Shown in pieces: positions 14,258 to 27,399 of a stretch of 64,000 nt of DNA. The notes beneath the pieces are model-generated. The model saw only the letters and a list, made by a program, of their open reading frames with translations. It was not told where the DNA came from and did not search any database. The DNA comes from Mobula hypostoma (Eukaryota): NCBI RefSeq assembly GCF_963921235.1, contig NC_086119.1:42098001-42162000 (forward strand), given 5' to 3'. The position numbers and the translations under genes were made by a program. Every line of letters starts with the position of its first letter. Position 1 is the first letter of the stretch.

Positions 14258-14750
14258 AACAAGAGAATATCTGCAAATGCTGGAAATCTGAGCAACACAA
14301 AATGCTGGAGGAACTCAGCAGGCCAGGCAGCATCTATGGAAAAATTACAGTCGATGTTTTGGAATGAAACCCTTAAGCAGATCTGAGAAAAAAGCCGAGG
14401 AGTAGGTTTAAAAGTGGGGGGGGAGGAGAGAAGAGAGGACCACCAGGTGATGGGTGAAACCTGAATGGGTAGGGATATGAAGTAAAGAGCTGGGAAATTG
14501 ATCGGTAAAATGAGCTGAGAGAAGAAAAAGGGGATGGAAAATGGAGAAGGGGCTCGGGTATTAACAGAAGTTTGAGAAATCAATGTTCATGCCATCAGGT
14601 TGGAGGCAACCCAAATGGAATATAAGATGTTGTTGCCTCCAACTAAGTGTGGCCTCATCACGACAGTGGAGGAAGCTGTGGATGGAATGGGAAGTGGAGT
14701 TAAAATGGGTGGCCACTAGGAGATCCGGCTAGTTCTGGCGGACATATGTT
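14258..14750 (-). mobile_element. Penelope 3' fragment with terminal repeat
   Basis: Collinear with 15205-15780. Confidence 0.8.
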
Positions 14751-15204
14751 AGGTGCTAACATAATACAATCTATATTTTAAAAATCTAGACAGTATTGCA
14801 AATAATACATGCTGAGCATCTATCTGGATGGAAAGAAAATCAATTGAGTGCTTTGATGTTTGGATCCATTCCGCTAATGTGCATGTACCTACATAAAATT
14901 GGAGCAAATGAAATATTTGTTGTAAGCTGGTGATATTTGAAACTTTGAAAGTTCCACTGGAAATTGTTAATTCACTGTTCTTATTTGAAAGAATAGCAGG
15001 TGGTATTTCTTGTCCTTCCCTCTACAAAGAAAGAAAATATGATGAGAAGTAGTAACAGAATTTCAAACTGGGATGGAAAATAAGCTGATGTAAAATAGGA
15101 AAAAAATCAGTTTTATAACTACAATATTTAAATTGCTTTAAAGTTCTGCTTTCAAATTCTTTTAACAAGTATGAGTAAAGTATGAAGTGGAGAATGAGAG
15201 AAGA

Positions 15205-16985
15205 TCACAAATGAGTGAAAATCTGCAGATGCTGGAAATCCAAGCAACACACACAATACTGGAGCATCTCAGCAAGCCCGGCAGCATCTATGAAAAAGAT
15301 TACAGTTGATGTTTCAGGTTGAGATACTTCAGGACTGGAGAAAAAAGATGGAGTTAGTGTAAAAAGGTGGGAGAGGGAAGGAAGAAACACAAGGTGATAG
15401 GTGAAGTAAAGAGCTGGGAAGTTGATTGGTGAAAGAGATACAGGGCTGGAGAAGGGGGAATCTGATAGGAGAAGACAGAAACCCCGTGGAAGAAAGAAGA
15501 GGAGGTGCAACAGAGGAAGGTGACGGGCACAGGTAAGGAGATAAGGTGAGAGAGGGGAATGTTTGCGGGGGGCGGGGGGAAGAGGGAATTACTGAAGTTC
15601 AAGAAATCGATGTTCATGCCATTAGGGTGGAGGCTACCCAGACAGAACACAAGGTGTTGTTCCTGCAACCCAAGAATGGCCTCATCGCAACGGTAAGGGA
15701 GGCCATGGACTGACATGTTGGAATAGGAATGGGAAGTGGAATTAAAACGGCTGGCCACTGGGAGATGGAATGTAGGTGCTCGGCAAAGTAGTTTCCCAAT
15801 CTACATCAGGCCTCACCGATGTACAGAAGGCCACACCGGGAGCACCAGATACAGTAGATAACCCAAACAGACTTTGGTGTAATGTCCCCTCACCTGGAAG
15901 AACTGTTTGGGGCCATGAATGGTAGTGAGGGAGATGATTCAGGGGAGGGAGGAACTGACAAGGGACTCCCATAGGGAGCAATCCCTGAGGAAAGCAGAAA
16001 GTTGGGGGGAGGGTGGGGAAGGAAAGATGGCTTGGTGGTGCGATCCCATTGGAGATGGTGGAAGTACAGAGAATTTTGTGCTCTATGTGGAGGCTGGTGG
16101 GTTGGTAGGTGAGGACAAGAGGAATCCTATCCCTGGTGAGGTGGCGGGAGGATGGGGTGAGGGCAGATGTACACGAAATGGAAGTGATGTGGTTGAGGGC
16201 AGCCTTGATGGCGGAGGAAGAGAAGCCCCTTTCTTTGAAGGAGGAGGACGTCTTCGTTCTGGAATGAAAAGTCTCGTCCTGAGAATAGATGTGGTGGAGA
16301 TGGAGGAACTCAGAAGGTGTTGACATTTTTACAAGTAACGGTGGGGTAGAGGTATAGTTCAGGTAGCTCTGAGAGTCGAGTTTATAAAAGATATCAGTAA
16401 AAAGCTGTCTCCAGCGATGGAGGCAGAAATTGAGAAAGAGGAGAGATGTGTCTGAAATGGACCAGGTAAATTTGAAGGCAGGGTAGAAGTTGGAGGCAGT
16501 TGATTAAGTAGACAAGCTCAGTGTGGGTGCAGGAAGCAGCACCATTGCAGTCGTCGATGTAGTATTGGAAAAGTTGGGGAGTGATACCAGTGTAGGCTTG
16601 GAACATAGACTGTTCCATGTAGCTGATGAAAAGGTAAGTATAGCTGGGACTTGTATGAGTGTCCATGGCTACACCTTTTGTTTGAAGGCAGTGGGAGGAG
16701 CCAGTGGGGAAATTATTGAGAGTGAGGGCAAGTTGTACCAGTCGAAGGAGAGTGGTAGTGGAGGGGAACTGGTTGGGTCTGGTGTCCAGAAAGAAAGAGA
16801 ACTTTGAGGTTTTCATGGTGGAGGATGGAGGGTATAGGGACTGGACATTATTGTGAAAATAAGATGATCGGGGCCAGGGAACTTGAAATCATTGAAAAGA
16901 TGAAAAATGTGTGAAGTGTCTCGGATATAGGTAGGAAGGGACTGAGCTGGGTGGGGATATAACTGAGTCGAGGTATACAGATATG
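15205..16985 (-). mobile_element. Penelope-like element, 5'-truncated (RT + GIY-YIG pseudogene)
   Basis: LTLNNF..QTKGVAM..PSYTYLF, YIDD; GIY-YIG remnant VIYCIWCSRCGLLYIGE...GNYFAEHL. Confidence 0.9.
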
Positions 16986-17261
16986 AGAGAGGCAAAACAA
17001 ATGCAGATGTTGGAAATAGAAAATAACAAGATGTTTGATTTGCTCAGCATTTCCAGCTGTATCTGTGAAGAGAAAGTCAGTTTTTCAGGGCAGTGACCCT
17101 TCTTCGAAACCTGTAGATAGCAGTTTAATGAAAATTCTATTCAATTTTGTCACATAATTGTAATTCAGGGTTTGAAATTGCCTGTTGTCTGTCTCTTCAA
17201 TATTTTAATGCTACGTTTAACAGTCATATTTGCATTTTGAAAGCTTGTCATCAATGAATAC

Positions 17262-18113
17262 TGTTACGAGAATACACATAAAATTAAGATGTTTGCTGGC
17301 CTGGGCTAGCATCAGTGGCATCAGCAGTTGGTCTGCCACCTGCCCTCAGGGGAAGGAGAGATAAGGAACAATGGAGCAGCGTCTGGAGATGTGTAATGAA
17401 GGGATGTGGGAGGGAGAGCTGTCTGGAGCGGCTCCCCCCTTTGAACCCTGAACTGTTTGAAGTGATGGACAGGCGATACCCCAGCAGGGGGATAAAAAGG
17501 GACAGGTTCGCTAAGACAGACACACACGCCACCCGAGGTAACGAGACCCTGGAAGCGGTGCGCTTCTCACGAGTGGGTGAGAAGTACCGGACAACGACAA
17601 GGGTGGAAAGGTACGATCAGCGGGAACCCGGTGTGTGTCCGCCCTTGCCTGGGTGCCGGGTTCACTGCAGAGGATCGACCGCATCTGGAGGAGGGGTCAC
17701 AGTCGGTGACCTCAGGTGACATCACCAAGGACCCGCCCAAATGCTGTTTGCGAGCCATCCCGCTGGTCTGTGAGTGAAGCCGTTCTGAATGATCAGTTGT
17801 TCCTATTCTATGTCTCTCTTCCCCCACCTTGTCCATCGCCATGGCAACGATTACTGCGAACTGAACTGGACTGAACTTTGAGTCATTTTGAAATTGGTCA
17901 TTTACCCCTAGACAACGATAGAGCTTGATTGATGCTGTTATCTTAATGCTGTGCACATGTGTGTTTATCATCACTGAACTGTTGCATTTATTATCCTTTC
18001 GATTACTGTGTTGCTTGTTTCTTTAATAAAACTTTCTTAGTTCTAGTACTCCAGACTCCAACTGAGTGATCCATTTCTGCTGGTTTGGCAACCCAGTTAC
18101 GGGGTACGTAACA
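17262..18113 (+). mobile_element. Young solo LTR (Gypsy-like)
   Basis: Perfect inverted termini TGTTACG...CGTAACA, perfect 4-bp TSD ATAC (17258-61/18114-17), AATAAA near 18025, CpG retained. Confidence 0.92.
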
Positions 18114-18778
18114 ATACCAATTACAAATTATTTTTTAAGGTATTTCTAGTGCTACGTTTGGCATTCTTCTTGTGCTCCTTAATGAACAAGTGTGGTTTCC
18201 TGAAGATGTACATGCAGCCCAGCATATCCATTGGCATAAGGATTGTTATGGAACAGTGCTAGTAATGATGGTGTGGCAGATTTTGTGTGCTTTTCATGTA
18301 TCTGATTTTGATGTTAGTGGGCTAGGTCTTGCGAGTAACAATTCTGATTGGAACTACTGGTGCTTAATCATTTGAATATTAGAAATCCTGTAGCAAAGGA
18401 AGGATGATAAATTTGCAATAAAAGGAGTGCAACTAAAGTTCACTACATCTGATTCCTAGGATATGGGGCTTGTCTTATCAAGAGAGATTCGTAGACTAGT
18501 CCAATATTTTCAACTTGAGGATGAGGTGATCTCATTGAAACGTACAGAATTCCAGTAAGGTTTCACAGGAAAGATAACAGGATCTTAAGAAATTTCTTTA
18601 TCCAGAGGATCTGACTTTTTATTTTCCTTCCAGGAAGCTGTTGTTCAGATGTTGAGTAATTCAAGGATGTATAGGAAACTGGCAGGGAAAAATCTAACAG
18701 AGGGAGCAGTACAAGAGACAAATGACTGATTCCTGCTTTTGTTTTGTATAATTTGTGTGCATGCACTTTCAAATGCAG

Positions 18779-19182
18779 ATGAAGAGTTATATACAGAATT
18801 AAAAGGACTAAAACATGACTGACATTTGCAGCTTGATGAGTCACGCGATGGGAATAATGTTGCAAGTTAACAAGTCTGCTAACCGTGGGTTGAATGCAAG
18901 GAACGAAGGAGTGCTTGTTGCTTGAGACAGCTGCTTTACATAAACACTAATCAAGGTTGTCTGGCAATGATCAGAGTATGTATGTGATAACGAATGTTTA
19001 ACAAGCAGTCCCATACAGTGCTAGAGGCACACTTAATTACAGATTTCCAGGCTCTATGAGCAGGGCTCTGTAATATCAACTGAGACGCAAGCTTGCTAAT
19101 AAACAGTATGTAATCTTAAACTGTTTACCAATTATTCCCTTGGTCTGAGCCCAAAGTCCTCTGGTAGAGAGGCAGAGCGACA
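18779..19182 (+). repeat. ERV 5' LTR (left boundary uncertain)
   Basis: Direct repeat of 28534-28938, roughly 88% identical by manual count; AATAAA; ends ...CGACA. Confidence 0.9.
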
Positions 19183-19185
19183 TCT

Positions 19186-19206
19186 TGGTGTAGCAGCGAG
19201 CAGGGT
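19186..19206 (+). promoter_or_regulatory. Primer binding site, tRNA-Ser(UGA)-like
   Basis: TGGTGTAGCAGCGAGCAGGGT versus the expected TGGCGCAGCGAGCAGGGT (one C>T plus a 3-nt insertion), 3 nt after the LTR. Confidence 0.7.
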
Positions 19207-19453
19207 CCCAATAAGTGGTGGACCCCTCACCAAGACTGAAGATGAGGACGGGACAGTTCGTTGGGGTGAATCAGAGATGAACGGGCCCACAAGGTAAGCT
19301 TTAACCATGGTTCCTCTCTGCTCTCTGGCAACTCTTGTTTGTTCCCTCATTTTGGCGGGAAAAATCCACTGACGGGACTCAAAGGGAATAAAGAGGAGAC
19401 GGATGCTTGAGTCCCCCGGAATAACTGAGAAGTTAGTCTTCCAGTAAGTCAAT

Positions 19454-20747
19454 ATGATGGGTGTGCACTTGGACAGTGGGGGGAGTAGTCTGTTACAGAA
19501 AATGATAGACAGGTATCCAGACAATGAAAAGAAACTGAGACAAATGTCGTTCCAGTTGTCTAAACATTTGGGAAAAGACAACTGGCCTGCAAGAGGTACA
19601 TTTGATTTACATTTAATACAACAGGTGGAGAAGGGAATATGGAAGGGGAAGGAAGGGAAAGAGTATGGTCACCTGATTGACCTATGGTGGCAAGAGGCAG
19701 AATTAAAAGAAGACAGACATAAATTAAACTGCTGGACCACTAAGCAAAGAGGGATAGACATACTTGACAGAAGAGGCAATCCTAGGAGTTGGCAAGAGTT
19801 GAGAGCGATTTGTGAAGAATGAAATAAGGAACAGAAACAGGCAAAGGAGACGGAAAGAAATTGTATCGGAGACAAAACATATTGATCATGGAAGAACGAA
19901 TAAAGGGAAACGGAACATAAAAATTATTCTGGAGTACCCCTCCTCTATCCAGACATACCGACTGATACTGAATGTTGCCCCTGACAAAAAGGTCGACCTC
20001 CAAGTGTTTTGTAATTATTTAAGAACTGTCTTGACTCTTTATCCTGCTAACTCCTGAGATTTGTTCCTTCTGGCTATGGCCGCCCTTACTCCTACTGATC
20101 AGACACGATTCCCCACTCAGCTCGGGCATGGCAACTATGATCAGTTAATCACAACTGGGCAAACCGAACTGCAGATGATTGAAAATATATTGGATGCCTT
20201 GTCCCATGTTCTGACCCCCTCAATAGATGTAACTAAGGTCTTACAGTGTAAACCCAGGAAAGGTGAACCCCTGATTTCCTAGAACTCTTTAATGCCGTTT
20301 ATTCTGCATGATCGGGAGATCTGCTGTATGCAGCAGGGAACCGGTCCCCACAGTACTGTGCTCTCCTCCTCCAAGCCCTGCCCAGCAAGGTGGCTGACAA
20401 GGTTAAAGTCAACAATATGAACTGGTCAGAATCCACTCAAGCGCAACTTAATTGGGCTGTGAAGGCTGTTTGGGATAGTTCTGAAAATCCTCCCCTGACC
20501 AGAGTTAAAGATAGAGTGCATGCAACAAAGGAGACCCACTTCGTGTATTCTACTAGGAGGAAGTCAGAGACCCCCATGTGATCCTTACTCACAATCTCTT
20601 AATGCCCCATTTGCACCACCTCCCCGTCCTCGCCCCATCTCTCGGGATGAATGTTACAATGATGGCTGAAGGGGACACTGGCAGCAGGATTGCCAGTGGG
20701 GACACATCTCGGTCTGGGCCTCGCTAAGCCCCTTTTTCCGGTCATGA
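19454..20747 (+). pseudogene. gag: ERV gag (frameshifted)
   Basis: MG start; matrix motif WPARGTFD; major-homology-region-like QCKPRKGE; NC knuckle remnant CYN(D)G*RGHWQQDC at 20652-20693; in-frame TGA-C at 20745. Confidence 0.85.
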
Positions 20748-20759
20748 CAGACTGCACTT

Positions 20760-21030
20760 TATGCCCATCCTCACCACCAATCCAGCTGATGAGCCCCTCT
20801 TCACCCTCACTGTCAGCGGACATCCTTTACAGTCTATACTTTTCTGATAAGACTGTCTACCTCCAAAGATTTGAAGGTTCTGTAATTAGTTACACACTTA
20901 CCAAGCTCCTTCCCACTTCCTATAATCTTGCATCTCCAAAAGAGGTTGAATTTGTTGTCTGTGGCAACATTGGGGTGAATATAACAGTACGGGATGTACT
21001 GTGTGGTCTGGGGTTGCAGATCGAATGAGT
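20760..21030 (+). pseudogene. pro: ERV protease, catalytic DTG segment apparently deleted
   Basis: EPLFTLTVSGHPLQ|SIL and NITVRDVLCGLGLQI (equivalent to the NLLGRDLL motif). Confidence 0.7.
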
Positions 21031-21084
21031 GCATAACGAGTGCATATCGGTCTCTGGCCCAGTTACAATTTGACTGTCCTAATT

Positions 21085-21500
21085 TCGCCATCCCACAATG
21101 GTGGGCACTCAACCTAGATCCCTCAGTATCCCATCTCCTGTCCCTCAAGACCTTCATATTACTTTGGCCTACGATTCTTCCGGGAGTAAGTCAGAGTTAG
21201 AATCCTCCTACTCCCCTCTATTGCAGCAGACTTTCTCTGGGTCAGTGATGGGAGAGATTAAGGGGCCTGCAGGAACTGGTCTTTTGGTAGCAATAAATTC
21301 CACCTTGTGGAAACAGTCCCACCTCACTCTTAATATTGTACCTGACCATAAACCAAAGGATCTGGGTTTTCTAGCCTGCATCCTTGTAGACCAGGCTAAC
21401 CCTCAGTGCTTTATCATCCGAGGTTTTCCCGAAGGAATCTCCCACTACTACTTCAAACCATATACCTTGACTGGTGTACTTACTCACCATCAGTCCATTA
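21085..21500 (+). pseudogene. 2H phosphoesterase-like domain within Pol, between PR and RT
   Basis: Two HxT motifs, LHITLAY (H at 21155) and SHLTLNI (H at 21320), followed by KDLG. Confidence 0.75.
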
Positions 21501-21559
21501 CTCCCAAGAGTAATGTGAAACCCAAACTATGGACCTCTAGTAAAACAGGGGGGAAGGGT

Positions 21560-23040
21560 TAACATTGACCCTGTCCATATTGCCATTAGGGAAGGGATAA
21601 GGTTACCCACTATTCTACAATATTCACTCAAACCGGAGATCGAGTCTGGTATTGAGCCCATGATCCGTTCTTTCTTACTACAGCGGACCCTAGTCCCGTG
21701 CAACTCGCCCTGCAACACTCCCATTCTCACAGTGCTGAAGCCCGGACGTTCAGAATATTGCTCAGTCCAACACCTTAGAGCCATTACTAATGTGGTTGCA
21801 CCTATGCATGCTTTAGTGCCCAACCCAGCCACCATACTGAGTTGCATTCAATCTGACACCTGTCTTTTCCCTTGTGGATTTGCGAAATGCTTTTTTTTTC
21901 TCCATCCCAATAGCTGACATGTGCCAATATCTCTTTGCCTTTACCTATAAAGGCCAGCAGTATACATGGACCCACCTACCCCAAGGGCTTCATTCACTTT
22001 CCCAAAATTTTCTCTGTCTGATGTCTCAACTGACCACTTTCACACCCCCTGAGAGCTTGACGATAGACCAATAGGTTGATGACCTTCTGATAGCCAGCTC
22101 GAGCGAGGAAGCATGTCGGAAGGGTACTACATCCCTTCTGAATTTCCTACATCACTGCAGCTACATTGTTCCTCCCTCCAAAGTCCACGTTAGTCAGACC
22201 TCGGTGAAGTTCCTGGGTATAGTCATCTCTGCTTCCAACAGATCCATTACCTTCGAACACATAACCCCCATTGTTGTTACCACATCCCCCTACAACACTG
22301 ACTCAGATGTACAAATTCCTGCCTTGTCAATTTCTGCTGCATTTGGATTCCCGACGTTGCCCTGCTCACCAAATCCTCGCCCAAATGTGAGACTCCCTTT
22401 CAACTCTCAGAGCAGGCCCAACAGGATGTTGCTTCCGTCAAGCAAGCCCTGATATCACACCCCTCCTTTGGCCGGACCTTATACGATCGCTGTTTTGCAC
22501 ACTGTGACAATCAAGAACGGGTGCACTACCACTGTCCTTCCCCAAAGCCATGGGGATCAACAACGACCTGTCGCCTACTTCTCCAAGAAACTCGATCCGG
22601 TATCTCTGGCTTACCGCCCTGTTCTCAGATTCTCTCTGCAGTATATGATATGGTTCTAGCTGCAAATAATATTAGCTTGCACCAGCCAGTGGACATACTC
22701 ACCTCTCATGACATAGTTGCCCTGATGAACATCTGCCAAACTCTGCCTTGTGCAGGACTGCGGCACTAAACCACTGGAAAATCGGCCAATATTTTTACAG
22801 TCTCTAGATATGCCTTTGGAGTTGCTTATGATTTTGGCCAGCTTTGGAAAGCTACGGGTTATGTGACCTCCTCTGGTATGCCCATCACTAATAAAATTCA
22901 TATTGACAACCTTTTGTCCGCCATTTGTCTTCCTTCATATTTGGCCATTATTAAGTGCTCTGCACACACTAAAGGTACGACTGAGGTTGACCGTGGAAAC
23001 AACAGAGCTGACTCAGCTGTGAAAGAAGCTTCCCTTACCG
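21560..23040 (+). pseudogene. pol: ERV reverse transcriptase + RNase H
   Basis: SPCNTPIL, DLRNAFF, FAFTY..QYTWTHLPQG, Q*VDDLL (22072), PVAYFSKKLD, IIKCSAH...GNNRAD. Confidence 0.95.
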
Positions 23041-23269
23041 GAGCACTGATTGTTCCCCAAATGACAAATTGCCAGGTAAAAATTGAATCCCTTGTTTCTA
23101 AATCAAAGGGTATGCCTGGAATTGAGGATGTGCGTGTTTTACAGAGAGATGCCTCTGAAAAAGAGAAAGCGGCTGGATGTTTTTACTCACCGACCGAGGA
23201 CCTCTGGATTACTCCTGCCTGTCAGGTCTGCGTACCTGAAACTATACTGGGCTATATTGTAGATCTTGT

Positions 23270-24835
23270 ACATACCAATACTCACCTTGGCAAGGAGGGA
23301 ATGTTAAGGCCATGTTTGGAGTCATGGTGGAACCCAGACCTTGAGAAAGTAGCAGAGAATGTTGCCAGGCGATGTCTGATGTGTTAAGGACATAATCCAG
23401 GAAAAGGCACCCCATGCCCAAAGGGATATACCCCATTGCCAGGTTGCCCTTTCTGCCAACTACAACTCGATTTTATTGAATTACTGCATGTGCACTGTTA
23501 TAAGTATTGTCTTGTAATTCTTGATATTTTTAGTAGATGGAATGAAGCATATCCCACCACAGATCACAAAGCCGATACCATGGTGCGTATTTTGATGAAA
23601 GAAATCATTCCCAGATTCGGGTTATCGGAGCAAGTTGTATCTGACAACAGCCCTCATTTTCTGGGTAAGATTAATACCCAACTATACCAGGCTCTGGGAA
23701 TTAGACATCCCATTGCCCCCACAGACCACAGACCGCAGGCCGCCAGTCTGATTGAAAGGGCTAATGGGACACTGAAAAACAAATTGGCTAAACTAGGACA
23801 AGAAACCGGTCAAAATTGGCCCAAAGTGCTACTGATAGTCTTGTTCCAGATGAGAACTCATTATCAGACCAAATGTGGTCTGTCGGCAGCCAAAATAGTA
23901 TATGGCAGACCCTGGAAAGCTGCCTTGTCGATCCCCAAATTATCTGAGATGGACTTGAATCAAATGTTGAATGAAATTGTATATCCTGGCGCTAACCAAA
24001 TCTCTCCAGATTTGGGTGGTGCCAGGATATATCCTATAGTGAGGATTTGAGGATATTAAAAAAAAATCATTTTGAACCTATGTAACCTCTGGCTAAAAGA
24101 ATAATTTGGACTGAATAGGAATTTTTGAACTGAAGTAAACTTTCTTCAGCAGTTAGCTAAGACAGGCTCATTACCAGTTCTCCTTGGTTTGCAGAGAGAC
24201 AGTGAGGACTTTGATAACATTGTACAGTGTACCCTCGTTTGAATAGGGGGAGAAGGTCTCACCGATAAGGACAGGAATGAACATCCATCTGTAATTAAGT
24301 CAGGGCCTAGCAAAGGGAATAACTGATAAGGACTGGACAGCACATCCATCTGTCATTAAGTCTTGATTTGGTGGACTCTCTTATCCAAGTAATTAAGTTT
24401 TGCAGCAACGGACTTTGGCGTACCAGTTCAAATAACATCTTGCAACAGTAATGTATGGGGCTTATGATGAATAAATATATGGCTGTAACCTGACTAAGTG
24501 GGCCCACTTGTCGGATGGTGGCAGTATGTATGTGCCTTCCCTCTGACAACTGGGTCTCAAACTCCTGCAGGAGGGTGTGCAATAAACTGCTGTACCTATA
24601 AGAAGCTGGCCTTCCGAGTTTTATTCAGATTCGACTTTAACAATAGTTTGCATTTGCAAGTGAAGGAGGTCCACTGGGAAGGAGGGGGACTGGAAAATGA
24701 ACATAGGGTTCGCCCAGGAGGCTTTGTTCTTGTAAAGAACCATCATAGAAGCTTGAGTCTCGCTGGAAAGGACCCTACCAAATGTTACTGACCACTCCGA
24801 CAGCAGTCAAATGACAAGGACTTCCAAAATGGATA
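23270..24835 (+). pseudogene. pol: ERV integrase (interrupted by a solo LTR; last residues at 27402-27430 beyond the Tc1)
   Basis: HHCC (HTNTH...CLMC), LQLDF, SDNSPHF, IERANGTLK, WKGPY, WI|YLGHVK. Confidence 0.92.
24040..24642 (+). mobile_element. Solo LTR of a second family inserted in the ERV integrase
   Basis: TG...CA termini, perfect 4-bp TSD ATAG, AATAAA at 24581, no similarity to the host provirus LTRs. Confidence 0.88.
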
Positions 24836-24837
24836 TA

Positions 24838-27399
24838 CAGTGGCATGCAAATGTTTGGGCACCCCTGGTCAAAATTTCTGTTACTGTGAATAGCTAAGCG
24901 AGTAAAAGATGACCTGATTTCCAAAAGGCATAAAGTTAAAGATGACACATTTCTTTAATATTTTAAGCAAGATTACTTTTTTATTTCCATCTTTTACAGT
25001 TTCAAAATAACAAAAAAGGAAAACGGCCCGAAGCAAAAGTTTGATACCCTGCATGGTCGGTACCTAGTAACACCCCTTTTGGCAAGAATCACAGCTTGAA
25101 AACGCGTTCTGGAGCCAACTAAGAGTCTTCCAATTCTTTGGGGGATTTTTGCCCATTCTTCCTTACAAAAGGCTTCTAGTTCTGTGAGATTCTTGGGCTG
25201 TCTTGCATGCTCTTTTGAGGTCTATCCACAGATTTTCGATGATGTCTAGGTCGGGGGACTATGAGGGCCATGGCAAAACCTTCAGCTTGTGCCTCTTGAG
25301 GTAGTCCATTGTGGATTTTGAGGTGTGTTTAGGATCATAATGCTGTTGCAGAAGCCATCCTCTATTCATCTTTGGTTTTTTTACAGATGGTGTGATGTTT
25401 GTTTCCAGAATTTGCTGGTACAGGTGTCCCCTGCTTTTCGAACGTTTGCTTTATGAAACCTCACTGTTACGAAAGACCTACATTAGTTACCTGTTTTTGC
25501 TAACAGAAGGTGTTTTCACTGTTACGAAAAAATCAGCGCGTGAAAAAATCAGCACGCGCCCCGAGCAGCCACTCTCCCCCGGATTCGGAACGGTATTCTC
25601 GCCGACATTGCTTAAACATGTGCCTGTGAGCAGCCGTTAGCAAGATGGTATCGGAAAAGCCTAAAAGAGCTTGTAAGGGTGTTACACTTAGTGTAAAACT
25701 AGACATAATTAAGCGTTTTGATCGTGGTGAACGAAGTAAGGACAAAGTGAGTTTGGCTTGTGGAAGTTGACGAAGATGACGTTGAAGAAGTTTTGGCATC
25801 TCATGACCAAGAACTGATAGATGAAGAGCTGATGCAATTGGAAGAGGAAAGGATAACAATCAAAACCGAATGTAGTAGCGAATGGACCGAAAGTGATTGC
25901 GTGAGATTTTCACTGCAATGATAAAGTACGAGTTTAATTTTGAAAGGGTGCGTCGGTTTAGGGGATATTTGCGGGATGGTTTGAGTGCTTACAAAGAAGT
26001 GTATGATCTAAAAATGTGCGAGGCTAAGCGTTCAAGCAAGCCTTCAACATCAGCCACAGCAGACGACGAACCTCGACCTTCGACATCGAGGCGGGCCGTC
26101 ATAGGAGAAGATGAGCTGCCTGCCGTTCTGGAAACAGACAACAATGAGATGACACCCCAGTGTCCCACCACCCCAACCCCCAGGCTGCGGACAGATACTG
26201 ATTTGCGGAAAATGCAGCAGTAGCCGGGAGGCACCCAGCACATGTTTAAGAAAAAAGCCGAAATAAACAAGCTAGTTAATTAGGTGCCACCCGGCACGTA
26301 ATTGTCTGCCCAGATCAGAGGCGATTGCCGACCAGAGGCTGAAATGCTCACAAATTTTTCTCATATAAATGGTAATTTCTTCTTCGCTTTACGACATTCT
26401 GGCTTGCAAACTGTTTCATAGGAACTCTCTACCTTCGGATGGCAGGGGAAACCTGTATTTAATTGAATTCATTCTTCCCTCTACCAGTGAAATATTCCCC
26501 GTGCCACTGGCTGCAACACAAACCCAAAGCATAATTGATCCACCCCCATGCTTAACAGTTGAAGAGGTGTTCAAAAAGTTCTATTTTAACTTTATCAGTC
26601 CACAGGACTTGTTTCTAAAATGCATCAGGCTTGTTTAGATGTTCCTTTGCAAACTTCTGATGCTGAATTTTGTGAGAACACAGGAAAGGTTTTCTTCTGA
26701 TGACTCTTCCATGAAGGTCATATCTGTGCAGGTGTCGCTGCACAGTAGAACAGTGCACCACCACTCCAGAGTCTGCTAAACCTTCCTGAAGGCCTTTTGA
26801 TTTGCCTTTTGAGCAATCCTATGAGCAGTTCTCTCGGAACGTTTTCTTGGTCTTCCAGACCTCAACTTGACCTCCACCGTTCCTGTTAACTGCCATTTCT
26901 TAATTACATTACGAACTGAGGAAACGGCTACCTGAAAACACTTTGCTATCTTCTTATAGCCTTCTCCTGCTTTGTGGGCATCATTTATTTTAATTTTCAG
27001 AGTGCAGCTGCTTAGAGGAGCCCATGGCTGCTGATTGTTGGGACAGTGTTTGAGGAGTCAGGGTATTTATAAAGCTTTGAAATTTGCATCACCTGGCCTT
27101 TCCTAACGATGATTGTGACAAGCCATAGCCCTAACAAGCTAATTAAGGTCTGAGACCTTGGTAAAAGTTATCTGAGAGCTCAAGTCTCTTGGGGTGCCCA
27201 AACTTTTGCATGGTGCTCCTTTCCTTTTTTTCACTCTAAAATAGTACGAAACAAAAATAATACATGAATCTTGCTTAAAACATTGAAAAGAATGTTTCAT
27301 CTTTAACTTTATGACTTTAGGAGATCAGTTCATCTTCTACTCAACTATTCACAGTAACAGAAATTTTGACTGGGGTGCCCAAACTTCTGCATGCCACTG
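24838..27399 (-). mobile_element. Tc1 DNA transposon (DD34E, IR/DR-type ~210-bp TIRs), defective
   Basis: TA TSD; TIR cagtggcatgcaaa.gtttgggcacccc with inner direct repeats; transposase MGSSKQL..GEGYKKIAK from 27025; QQ(D)(N)DPKH...WPS*SPDLDIIENLW. Confidence 0.93.
25421..26455 (+). mobile_element. Internally deleted Tigger/pogo element nested in the Tc1
   Basis: TA TSD; TIR caggtgtcccctgc / gcaggggaaacctg; HTH remnant VTLSVKLDIIKRFDRGE joined to acidic C-terminal EEVLASHDQELIDEELMQLEEE. Confidence 0.88.

Noticed and set aside
17284-17974. Overlapping ORFs of 66-135 aa
   Set aside because: They lie inside a TSD-bounded solo LTR
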